DNA of 64,000 nucleotides from Amphiscolops sp. MND2022 (Eukaryota): NCBI GenBank assembly GCA_964187785.1, contig OZ076417.1, positions 36,394,001 to 36,458,000 of the forward strand, read 5' to 3'. Shown piece by piece: positions 37,189 to 49,200 of this stretch (position 1 is its first letter; each line of letters starts with the position of its first letter). The notes under the pieces were generated by a model. It saw only the letters and a program-made list of their open reading frames with translations, ran no database searches and was not told where the DNA came from. The position numbers and the translations under genes were made by a program.

Positions 37189-37899
37189 AACATTGATCTG
37201 AAGTCTCCACTAAATGGGATATTATTTCGCTGCAGTTTACGAGACTTCATGTCTACTTCTATATAATCTTTGTATTGGTGATCATCTAACTCTCCTCTTG
37301 AATAACTACTTGACATAAATCGGTATTTTCTATGTCGGACATTACGTCTCACTGTCCAGAACGCTTTCATTTTGCCTTTTGCTTCCTGGTAGAAGGCATT
37401 TGAAGAAAATATTGCCTCTTCAAGAATGTAATATACAGCTGCTTTGGGTTATCAACAGAAGTATGACTAAAGGTAAAGAATCAAGTAATGTCAGCAGCAA
37501 CGTTATTTGAAAATTTTGGTGAAGTTATCGATTTCAAATTTGAAAGAATTGTGTCCCTCGGACAACTAGTTGGTGGGACATGACAAGCTAAAGTAATCTT
37601 ATGGTGTTGCGAAAAACAGCAACTAGGGTTCATAAAAACAGCCCCTTGGTGTGACATCAATATTACGTCACCTCATCGTCTGGATATGAAAAGCATCAAA
37701 GGAGTTTAAGTAGAGAAAAACAGTTTGTGCCCCAGCTGTGAGAATCACATGAGAGACCTTTATCGACTATTTACATGTTTAGATAACTGGTAGAACACTA
37801 CATGTCATTTGATATGAGAGAAAACAATGATAACTAATTGCACCGTGATGGACATTAAGTCTGTCCGGCTAGAAAAAATATATGCTTGCTGTGTACTCT

Positions 37900-38251
37900 C
37901 ATTGTCTGCTTGAATTCAGGAAAGCGTGTACAAGAATCTACAGCAATTGACCGCGTTTCCTTCTTTCCACTTATTCGCAGGCTGTCCATTGAATTTGCGC
38001 TATTTTTTAGATAGCTATTATAATTAAATTAAATACATCATTAATCAACAATAGTTCAACGTTATAACAGGCACGGAACGAATTAATAAATAACAAAACT
38101 TAGTCTAATCAAACAAAACAAATATTTGGTGTGGCCGTACGGACGGACTGAAGGTTCGCACGGTTCAAAAAGATGGTAATCCTGGTGGAGGGGGTTTGCT
38201 TTTTCGCTGGAATTTGATAGAAATTGCCGTCACAGGCAGCAGCCTGCGACA
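37900..38251 (-). repeat. 5' fragment of an element-A-group LTR
   Basis: TGTCGCAGGCTGCTGCCTGTGACGGCA terminus at 38251. The other end and a TSD were not found; the left boundary is approximate. Confidence 0.6.
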
Positions 38252-40289
38252 AAAGTCAAACGTGAATCTAGCGCCATATTACAGTTAGGACACCATGTTA
38301 CTAGAAAACAGCAAAATTTTTCTACACTGTGCAATTTTTCCGAAATTTTTTGGTTTTTTGAAGGGGTCTTCTTCATTTCCTTGACATTTTGGGTGAGAAA
38401 AAGACTTCTCAAGTCAGAAGGGCGTTTTTCGGCACCGAAAATTTTTCGGAGTATTCACAAAATACCTTTCAGCATGTTCGAACGATTTTACACTTTTGGA
38501 ATTTTGAGCGGGGCGCCCACTTGGGACGTTCTTATCTTTTGTTTGTTTCCTAAGTCGCTCAAATGTAAGATTTGTTTCCCAAGTTGCCTAAAGTTTACGA
38601 ACCCTGTTTTATCGCAGAGGGAGACATAGAACTTAGTAACAACACGAGTGATTTTTACATCTACTACAGAACGTGTAGACAAATTCCTTTGCTTTCTTTC
38701 GTGCCTTCATTGATTTTTCTACTGCTGGCAGTTCTCATGTGCGTACAGACGAGACCTGCTTCTGAATTTTTGCGCCAAGACCGAAAAGTTTTTGCTATCG
38801 GTTAAGAGATGTGCAAACTAAATTTTACTCTGGAAAAACAATTGAGAACTATAAAAACAAGATTTTTACAAGACTCGAAGAAACTGGAAACTCATAAACC
38901 TAAATTATGAATCTCTTGGAAGAATCAACTGCTCTAAAAATATTCAAAACCGCTTTAATAGGGGCTTCATAAAAATCTGCATTAATTGTTATGTGCTCTC
39001 TAAGATCAAAACTATAATTTCGATTGAGAGAAAAACTGCACAGATTCAATATTGAATACGTGATTTCAAAAAAACCAGTTGGAATTAGAAAAAAATATTC
39101 CTTAATGTTCCCAAATTAACTGGGATTCTATTGGAATATTAACTATCTTTTTTCTGGAGCTGGCATGTAGGAATATTGGAGAGAAGTCATTCCTTCACAT
39201 ACACTTCACTTCCGGTTTCCTCGGAATCTTTCTTTCTGACCCAGACTCCCAGATTCTATCTTTGATGACATGGGGTGCTAAATTGTTCACTCATCTATTC
39301 TTTGACACTGAAATATTGAAAACACTGTAACATAATGCTAAGTTTTCAACGCGTACATATATGGAATTATAGTTTGACCATATGATTCACCCGTTTTTGA
39401 AAACATAGACTTTATTTTACAGTTCATCATAAGGTAAAATCAAGTTATAATTGAACAGTTATGCTTTGAATATCCGTTAATCAAATGTATCAGAAGTTGC
39501 TCACTGTCTGGTCAAATGTAGGTCAAACTTATAAGTCTTTTCAGTCAGCGTTCCTCAGTTTCATATGTGATGTATGAATATGTATCGTCGCACTTTTGTA
39601 TCCCCCCATTTTGATTTTTTTCGGCACTCTGCGACCGTTTAGAAAAGTTTCAAGAGCTGTTTTTCACACAAATTGAAAGACTTTTTGAGCTTTATGACGC
39701 TTATAAGCGCTTGCCGAACTGGACCTTTCCCCACGTGTTCATGACTACAAGCACACCTCTTTGAAGTTTTGTTGGTTTCGTACTACTTTGTTGTGACTAC
39801 GATTGGCAGTTCTATCTCTTCAAATTCGCTCCGAGGGATGTCTCTAGAGCACCTGCAGATACTTTTCATGCAAATTGTCGAAGTTTTGGGCACAGCTTTC
39901 ATTTTATGGAAAGACCGGATATCTATACTGCTCTTCCAAAAGGCACTTACTTAGCCCTAAAACATCATTCATCATTTCAAACCGTATTTTGGAGACTGAA
40001 ACCTAAATTGTTTTCTATTTAGGTTGCAAGGTTTTTAGTTTTGAGATTCGAATTTAGTTTTTTTCCGAATTTCACATAGTATATCCGTGGACCGAATTGG
40101 GAAAAAAGTTGATTTCATAGTTGTTGGAATTTTCACTTGTGGATTTCTCTTCAGTACTTTCAATCATGTTTAATTTTTCTGTATGAATCAAATCCAAAGA
40201 AGTGTTTCGCTACACTAGGTGCGACACTCTAATGCATGGACCGGACCTTCTTTCGCGAGTTGTATGTAGTTGGAGGTATAAAAGTTCAA

Positions 40290-40398
40290 ACTTGCAAGAA
40301 TCAGTGATGTCTAGCAAGATTCTTGTTCATCAACTTGCAAGGTTTCAATCGTCTTGCAAGATTCTTGCAAGACCGGCAGCATCTTGCAAGAAACTTGC
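40290..40398. repeat. Array of the palindromic octamer CTTGCAAG running into the gap
   Basis: Several exact or near copies in about 110 bp. Related clusters lie at ~13940-14010 and ~29300. Confidence 0.7.
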
Positions 40399-40598
40399 NN
40401 NNNNNNNNNNNNNNNNNNNNNNNNNNNNNNNNNNNNNNNNNNNNNNNNNNNNNNNNNNNNNNNNNNNNNNNNNNNNNNNNNNNNNNNNNNNNNNNNNNNN
40501 NNNNNNNNNNNNNNNNNNNNNNNNNNNNNNNNNNNNNNNNNNNNNNNNNNNNNNNNNNNNNNNNNNNNNNNNNNNNNNNNNNNNNNNNNNNNNNNNNN
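40399..40598. other. Assembly gap (200 N)
   Basis: Run of exactly 200 N, probably a fixed-size scaffolding gap, so adjacency across it is uncertain. Confidence 0.99.
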
Positions 40599-42678
40599 TC
40601 TTTCAATCCGGTTGATGTGGCTATCAAAATTCCACAGCATGCCAAATTGATAAAAATGAATCAAAAGATCTTACTTTTCAAAATAAAAACATATTGCTTT
40701 CGATTTAAAAGCTATAAGGGTTCATTTTTACCACAGAGTCCTTTCTTTGAAAAAATTTCCGACTTTTTAACAAAAAGTTTCTCCCTTTGACTTTTTTGGA
40801 ATTTTTCGTTCAAGAAAACCCATCTCAATTCCAAAAAGTCCTATGGTTTTTATCGGCACTGTGCTACTTTTTCTGGATATTTTGTTTTTGGGATTTCCAG
40901 TGAACTTTTCTCAGCTCAAAAGGTTTTTTCTGCACTGTGGTAGACGCAGACTTCCAGCAAATTGGAAAGTTACACTAAAGCTTTCTCAAGCCCAAAGAAA
41001 TTCCCTTCTAGATTTTATCCAATTTGAGATTGAGAACTTTTCACAAAACAGTTTCTCTCTGCGCTTTTAGAGCATCAAACGGGCACCAGTATATGCCGTT
41101 CTCGACTCGATACACCGTAATATTTAGTCAGCCATTATTTTTCTGATGACATGATTAAAACTGTAGTGTTTTCCTGTGATTAAGAGTTTGTTCATGTGAA
41201 CTGCCAACTTGTACAGTGAAGCGAAGAGGTGGTTGTTTGATTCTTTTCTGTCTTTTTGACCAGAGTAGTAAAAAATGTACCTGTTCGCGGGTACGAAGTT
41301 GCAACGGGCCAGAAGTTTATCAATTTCGCCCACCGGGTCCTTGGTATAGTCATCTTTTGCAACTACATGGATGCATAAGTAGGGTTCAACATCCGGCAAG
41401 CTAATGGGCTGTAGGTTTCTGCAATCAATAAAAACTTCGTTATGGCAGGTTCTGATTCCTGAAATCCTTAAGTTAATTTTTTCATAAACACCAGGGATGT
41501 CTCCATGCTATTCTCAATTCAAACGATAGGCGAAGAAGTTGCAAGAAGGGACGTTTTTGATTCAGTGACGACCAACTAATGAGCGTCTACGGATGATCTC
41601 ACAAAACGAAATGTTTTTCGATGGTTTCCATTTTTTTGAAATAACATTCAGTGACTTCTGAAAATGTTTCTAAAAACTGTTTTCCTAATAAAAAGGTTCA
41701 TTCAAATTGTAACTTATTTGGAGAAGAATATTTTGGTTGAACTAATTTGATATTATCCAGTATTATATTGAAAATTATGATATAATGCCGCTCCAGGCAT
41801 TTGTAATGGTGAATGGGTTTAGCTTTGTTTCTCAGTTTAAAATATTGAGTTAGATCAAGATAATGGTGACTGCATATTCTAATGTTAACTGAGTAAAATA
41901 AAAGATTGTTTAAAAATAAGAGTGTCTCTTCAAATAATAATGTATTTGAAATTCATCAAAACAAATCAACTATGAGTTTTCATTCTCATGATTATGTCGA
42001 AAGTACCTGTTACGGTTATTTGGGTTCAGTTTGAGAAACAACTTGAAAACGAACTTAGTTTCATATAGAATGAATTTAATAATTTTACACAGAAAAATTG
42101 GTTGTACGACTCGGCTTTCTCATTCCGAGTCGCTTGCTGCCCCAGCAGGACAGCCTTCAAAAAAAACAACCGCTTAGGCGATAATGGCACGTCATTCTGC
42201 TTTGCTTCGTTCATGCATTTAAGGCACTAGAGGTTGGGGGACGTTGGTGTTCTCAGATTGAGGTCAGACTTACGTTATAGTAACTTAATCGAACATGCAC
42301 AATAATGAGCTTTCGTATATTAGATCCGATTCCGTTGAGAGAATTTTTTCCTCTATCAGATCTAATGGATCTTCGTCATCAATCAAGTGCCATGTATATC
42401 ATCATGTTGGGGGAGAAGACACACACCCGTGGTCTGCAACGAAAGTAGGGAACCCCATACCAGCCACTATGTATAGTGGCTTTGTACTATGTACCATGTA
42501 CACTATGTACATGAGAGAAAATGAAAATTTACTTTTGTGAAACTAATTTCGTTTTAACGTTGATGGCTCTCATGATATTCGAGATTCCACCACTTGTTCT
42601 TCTATACTAACAGAGCACGAGACATTCTGACCAAGTTGAAGATGGCTGAAACATACAAATTTGGTAAAAATTTCAATG

Positions 42679-43110
42679 AACAAGACGGGAACGACTGAGG
42701 ACGGCGCCCCGCTTGAGGCTCGAAATGCATATTGTAAAATGTGTCGTAATTCTGTTTTTATGGAGGTTGAGAAATGAACCAGTTTGTCCTAAAAACTTGA
42801 ATAGAGGGATTTCTGGGAAAAAATCGCACAGTGCTGAAAACCCTAATTATTGGTATCTTAAGCTGTTGAAATACAGGAAAACTGAACGGGGATCCTCAGG
42901 TAAAATGACAAAATTTTCGAAAAAAAGGTCGAAAAATGCCAAAACACCCTAAGATGGAACCCTCTAGTCTTAGACAACGTCTTTCAGGAATTTGAAACAC
43001 GGGAAATTGGAAAAGGTGACGCTTCAATGGAATCAAAAAATTTACAAAAATTGCACTGTGCCGAACAAACCCAAAAGGGCGACACTTTGACCCATCAAGG
43101 GCTTGCAAGC
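42679..43110 (-). mobile_element. Related Helentron/DINE-like repeat copy
   Basis: Minus strand ends GGCGCCGTCCTCAGTCGTTCCCGTCTTGTT, homologous to the 3' ends at 37188 and 62765. The far boundary is approximate. Confidence 0.45.
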
Positions 43111-43673
43111 AGAGACATTCAGTCCTCTGCAGACCTCAAACCGGCGGACGTCTGCTTGGGAAATGTGCATCCTACCTACAGGTGTTTCAGAAGCATATTG
43201 CAGTTTTGGGAGAACCACGAATCATGACAAATTAAACTCACCGTCCAAAATATTGGCTGCCGAAGAATCCAAATAAGGCCAAGCTGAAAAAACGACAGAA
43301 TTAAAATATTGGAAAAACTACATTGCCAATAAAAAGAAGCAAAAGTTTGCGACGTAGCAAGATCGTATCAAAAATGGACATCGTGCTACGAGATGCAAGA
43401 TTTTCTTCAAATACATGGTAAAACGTTTCGTTTGTTGCATAATTTATTCATTTCAATAAACTTTTCCAAGCGCCCCATTCTTCTTTTATAGCGTTTTTAG
43501 TAACTTCGGGCACAACATCTTCAACTAGATTAGTCACTTGTTATTGCCCAAAAAAGTGATTTCATCTGAGGACCTAATTCAAAAATTGGTTCAGTTCATT
43601 TTTCTCACAGTACATGATGCAGCGTAGCAATTGTTACATAATATTTTTATTTCACTATATTTTGCATGACGCT

Positions 43674-44484
43674 TCAATTGCGATTAAAAATTTTAATCAC
43701 TTCGTTATTGAATAATAGATCTGCTTTGGACCTTATTTCCTCCTCCATAGTTTTGACTTGTTCGATCATCTTTGACTGAAAATCGCCCCTTCCATTGATT
43801 TGTTCACACATCATTCCCGGGTTGACACCCAGAGGTAGATCAGAGATTTCTTGGTCTGCCAGGCTGGGACCCAGAGTGCCCAGAAATTTCTTAGTCTGGG
43901 CACAGATTTGGTCCAGTACGATAACTTCTCAAAAATTCAAAAACCTCTGGCTTTTGGAACTGTTCATTGAATTTATTTGTCACGAAATTTCACTTGTATT
44001 CATTTCTATTTTGTATCGTACTTCGACTTGTATGGAGGGTCAAGAGACAATGGAGGGTCATGGTTTTTAATTATTACGTACCGAATAACATAAGAGACAA
44101 CAATGACAAAAACGAAATTAGTCCCAATTAACAAAAAAATGAAATTAGTTTCATATAACAGAAAAATAAAACCGAATACCCGGTTAAACAATCAAACTCA
44201 CGAAATTTTATCTTCTCGTTAACACTTTTTATCTTTAGTGGAACTCATTTCATTTTTATGTTATTTAAAACGAATTTAATTATTCTAATGCTATTTGCTC
44301 TCGTTATTTGGGAATCCACCGTTCTTAATATACCTTCTTGATTGCGCAATTCTTGGGGGTTGAAATCCTCCGTGAAAATAAACCACGTGGCAAAATTGTG
44401 CATTGGAATAATCGATGGGCCGGTGCTTCTCACTAGATGAGTCACAGTGGCAGTCAACAAACAAGCCCACAATATTAACTGCAT
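43674..44484 (-). CDS. Two-exon gene for a small secreted protein (about 134 aa)
   Basis: Exon 1 (44484-44334) encodes a signal-peptide-like MQLILWACLLTATVTHLVRS and ends at donor GAAG|GTATAT. Exon 2 (43927 or 43924 to 43674) is in frame, stops at TGA, and has AATAAA ~23 nt downstream. The acceptor is an atypical GAG or AAG. Confidence 0.55.
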
Positions 44485-46012
44485 CTTTCTGACGTAATAC
44501 TAATGACGTAATGGATGCTGAAAAGTCTGAGCTGTTCATTTTTTAGGAAGACTGTTGTTGGACATCATTTTTAACGTCAAATTGTGATCTTTGATTTTTT
44601 TTCAAAAAAAAACAAAATGCATTAAAATTTTCGGGTTCTGAAATTTTCAAATATTTGTCAACAAACGTTCCAGAGCAACTTTGAACAAAGCTGTCAGTCA
44701 TTCGAATTAGCTACTTTTCTCAGAAGCAAAAAAAAGCTTTCACACTTCACAAGTTAGAAAGAAATGACTGGTCAAGACGTTTACTATGTGAACCAATAAA
44801 CGGAATGCACAAAATATTCACTCCTCAAAATCGTAACATCAGTAAACAAGACACTTGAAATCATTCACTTTCTCTGTCACTCATCCGGTGGTATGGATTA
44901 TAGCCGAACAAGATTAAAGACGAATGGTATTATAGCCGAATATAATTGAATTCTCAATTTCAATTGGTTAAACCACTTGAGAAAGAAGCTTCAATTTCGT
45001 AACTATTATGTAACAATTACATGTAGTCCGAAAAATGAAAGTTAATGCATGTAGATTCGGTTAAAATCACGGCTACCCTCTCATCCTCTCATTACGTAAT
45101 CAAATCTTCAACAAGGAATAATTTGAACCTTCAGAAAAAGTCTTCGTCACACTGGCTCCGAACTTTGCGCCAAAGCTTTCAGCGCCTCGTGTCAAGGAAC
45201 AAAGTAAGTTTTTGTACTTAACTTTCAGGGTGCAGCATTTGTTGTAGATTGCTATATGTAGATACCGTACATATATGTAAACACAGATAAATGTGTGTTT
45301 TCAAGAATACTCCAGTACTAGCTTTTCTGTTAATTTAAAATAAATGATGCTTCCAAAATATTGAGAACATTATAACAATTTGACCAACAATTGGACAGCT
45401 CATTTTTGAGATCACCTGTGAGAAACATCAACTATGATGGTTCGTGTGAGCTGAAAGGCCAACTTTTAGAGAGTGGAAAAAATACCAACGTTTGACTCTT
45501 CACACCACTGACTTTTGATGTCAGGAAACATGACAAGATTGGTTAAAAAAGATTTTTTCAACAAACTCTAGACTTTCTTTGGTATATATGCTGTCCCTGG
45601 TTGAGAAATATACTTTTTTGCAAAGTACTTCATTTTTTATCGAAAACTGGGAAATAACAATTGAAATAGGCAAAAAAGCCAAACTGTTGAACCATATGCG
45701 CTTCAATGGTTGTAAGTTTTTTTTCCCGTCGATTGGTTGTAAGGTCTTCCTCCGCATTTAGCATTGGGTCTTTTAGAGAAAGTCTATCACAATTTCTCGG
45801 ATTCATTGTGGTCTTTCATTATTGGTGCTTCATTTTTTTTCATAAACAAACTCTGTTCTTTTCATTTCCGAAATACCTGCTTCCCATAACACTACATGGT
45901 TCATTTCAATCAACGAGGACGCCGGGGATTTTTTTTCTACTTTTCATAAACTACAGAAAAAAAAATAATATTAGAGGAATATCGCTGCGGGAATTTAACT
46001 ATGAATTTGAAT

Positions 46013-46203
46013 TGTAGTAGAAGACTCAGACTCTTTACATACATGCTAATTAGTCTGTATTTATATGATTACATACTGTTGTTCTTTTTATCAAGTACCT
46101 GCCTATTGTATGCAGATGATGAACTATCATAAAGTCTCAGAACAAGATAGAATAAAGTTTGAATTGTACATGCTATTCATAGTTATAGAAGAGAGTTACA
46201 ACA
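46013..46203 (+). repeat. 5' LTR of element C
   Basis: TGTAGTAG...TACAACA, followed by the PBS at 46204. Confidence 0.97.
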
Positions 46204-46266
46204 TGGCGCAGTCAGCTTAGAACAAAAAGCTGAATAACACAAAAACAAAACATCCAGAAAGAAGAT

Positions 46267-49200
46267 ATGGATGAAAACACGGAAGAAAACCCAAGAGATG
46301 GAAACAACACACTGTCTTCATCGGGTACACGGCAAAACAACCAAACACTGCCGAACGATACAATGAACAGGACGGCTGACCGGACCTGCACTCAGAAAGT
46401 GACCATTCCAACATTGGAGAAATACGATCACACCAGTGCAAACTTGTGGTGGAGAAAATTCGTCCAATACATAAAAATGACGAAAAAAATAGACCTATCA
46501 ACCATGACAAACAACAAAGAGATACTGACACAATACCGTGATCAACTCGAAACGGAAATTAAAGACATTTTCATCTGGGCAATTGGACAAAATGCTATCA
46601 CGGAAATGACAAAAACAATCAGAGAAAGAGAACCGAGCTCACTACCATTGTATAAACTTTACACACTTTTCCGACTACACTTCACACCGGAAAGGAACGT
46701 ACAACATAGTAGAGCCGATTTCTTCGATCTAAAACGAGAAGACGGTGAATCCGCAGCAGACGTGTGGAAACGAATACTAGAAATTGAAAAAAACTGCGAA
46801 TTTGAAACAATAACCGCGGCAGAACTTCTAGCATCAAAATTTTTGTCAGTCATCGGAAAATCAACCGGAGACTACGACCTAAAGAAAAAAATCAGAAAGA
46901 GCGACATGTCGGTAGAAGCAATAACTGACGCGATACTAGAATACACTTACGACAAATTAAACGACTCACCCGAAACAGAAGAAGAGAAGAAAAAACGCTA
47001 CTTGAATAAACGTAAAATAAAACCAACAAAAGAGCCGGAAAAACCGACAAAATTCAAAAAAGTCGATTGCAACCGTTGCGGAGCACCAAACTGGTCAAGA
47101 CAACACGAATGCCCAGCCCGAGGAAAGAAGTGTGCAAAATGCGGAAAAATAGGCCACTTCGCCAAATGTTGCCGCACAAATAAAAGAGTGAACCATATAA
47201 TGGAGGAAGAGACAAGTAGCGCGAATGAAGACGATTGGACACCGAACACAATCCATTCAGTGAAACAAAAGATCCATTCAACACGATCAATAAACAGCAA
47301 CGGACCGGACTTCTTCACAATCACCGCACTGGTCAATAACCGACCAATCAAATTTATCATTGACAGCGGATCACCGGTAACAATAATACCAAAATCACTA
47401 TTCAACAACATCACAAAATTAAACCCACTAAAAACGGAGTACAGGGATGTAAATGACAACCGGATACAATTCGAAGGAAAAACGATAGCCAAAGTGGAAA
47501 TCGACGGAGAACAAAAAGAACTCGAAATATTAGTTACCACTAAAAGAACCAACCCATTACTGGGGCTAGACTGGATGAAAAAGCTGGGAATAACGCTGGA
47601 GACGGACAAAACCGTCCCACAAATACAACAAGTAAAAGAAGACCCAGACATAACATCATTGAAAACGAAATTCAAGAAACTTTTCACCGAAAACCATACA
47701 GTAAATGGACTGGAAGTAAAGATACAACTAAAAGAAGACGCGAAACTGATACAACAGAAAGGAAGACCAATACCGATTCACCTCCAACAATCGGTGGGGA
47801 AGGAAATAGAAAAACTAATAAAACAAGGACATATCGAAAAAGCCAACAATATCGACGAAAACTGCTTCGTAAGTCCAGCCGTGATCACGGTAAAGAAAGA
47901 CAAGTCAATAAAAATTGCCCTAGATTCGCGAAAATTGAACGAAATAGCCGTGAAAAGAAAGGCACAAATGCCTAACATGGAGGAATTGATTTCACGGATA
48001 TCAAGAAAAATAGCAGATGGCCCAGCAGATGAGATATGGATCTCAAAATTCGATTTAGATTACGCATACGGACAACTACTGCTATCAAGAGAAGCTAGAA
48101 ACTTGTGTATATTTGCCGTAACCGGGGGAAATTTTACCGGTTACTACCGCTTCCTAAAGGGCTTTTACGGTCTAGCGGATATACCAACGGTCTTTCAGGA
48201 AAAGATTGACCAAACACTGGATAACAAACATCCAGCTTGGTTAGACGACATCATCGTCGTAACCAAAGGGTCAAAAGAAGAACACAAAAAAGAATTGATT
48301 GACGTCCTAACCAGACTAGAAAAAGCAGGATACCGCTTAAGTGAAAACAAGTCCGAATTTTTCAAAACGGAAATTGAATGGATAGGCCACAAAATTGACC
48401 AGGCCGGTATCCGACCACTCCAAGACAAGTTGCTAGCCATAAAAGAACTAAAACAACCAAAAAATGAAAAAGAACTAAAATCATTCCTGGGAGCCATTCA
48501 ATACTTGTCAAAATATATCGACAACCTCTCCGCCCAAACCGACAGCTTGAGACAGTTATTGAAAAAAAAAGAACGAATGGATATGGACGGAAGAACACAC
48601 ACAAGCATTTGAAAACTTAAAACAAAAAATCACGGAGATACCGTGTTTGGCTCACTACAACTCAGATTACCCAAATGTGATAACAACGGACGCAAGCACA
48701 AAAGGCTTGGGAGCTACCCTATGGCAAGAACAACCGGACGGGAAACTAAAACCGATCGGTTTCGCCAGTCGTTTCCTTTCAGACACCGAAAAGAAATACG
48801 CAATAAATGAACTTGAATTATTGGCGGTAGTATGGGGTTTAGAACATTTCCGCTTATACATTTACGGAAAACCGATCAAACTTTTAACCGATCACCAGGC
48901 ACTAGAACCATTAATCAAACGGAACCGGTCCAATAAAACATACAGCGCACGCTTAACACGATGGCTGGACCGATTAGCACATTTCAATATTAACGTACAC
49001 CATATAGCCGGTAAACATTTAGCACTTACGGATTATCTCAGTAGAAATCCGATACTACCACCGCAAACAGATGACGCATACGATGAAGAATACGTAATCA
49101 ACAACATATTACCGCACTACAACTTTATCTCCAAGTACGGTTGCCTTAGCAACCAAACTGACCAATCAGAAAACAGAACGGAGAAAAGTGAACGCAAAGC

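Noticed and set aside
37400-38251. Complete solo LTR ending at 38251
   Set aside because: No gag-like segment, terminal CA or matching AAAGT TSD was found at the expected distance; kept only as a fragment.
40202-40790. ORFs spanning the N run
   Set aside because: Artefacts of translating through the assembly gap.
46998-47687. Antisense ORFs opposite pol in elements C and B (also 22070-22456, 49768-50172, 50958-51494)
   Set aside because: They are shadow frames of A-rich coding strands: S/F/V/L-rich, with no motifs and no splice evidence, unlike the gene at 22-2128.
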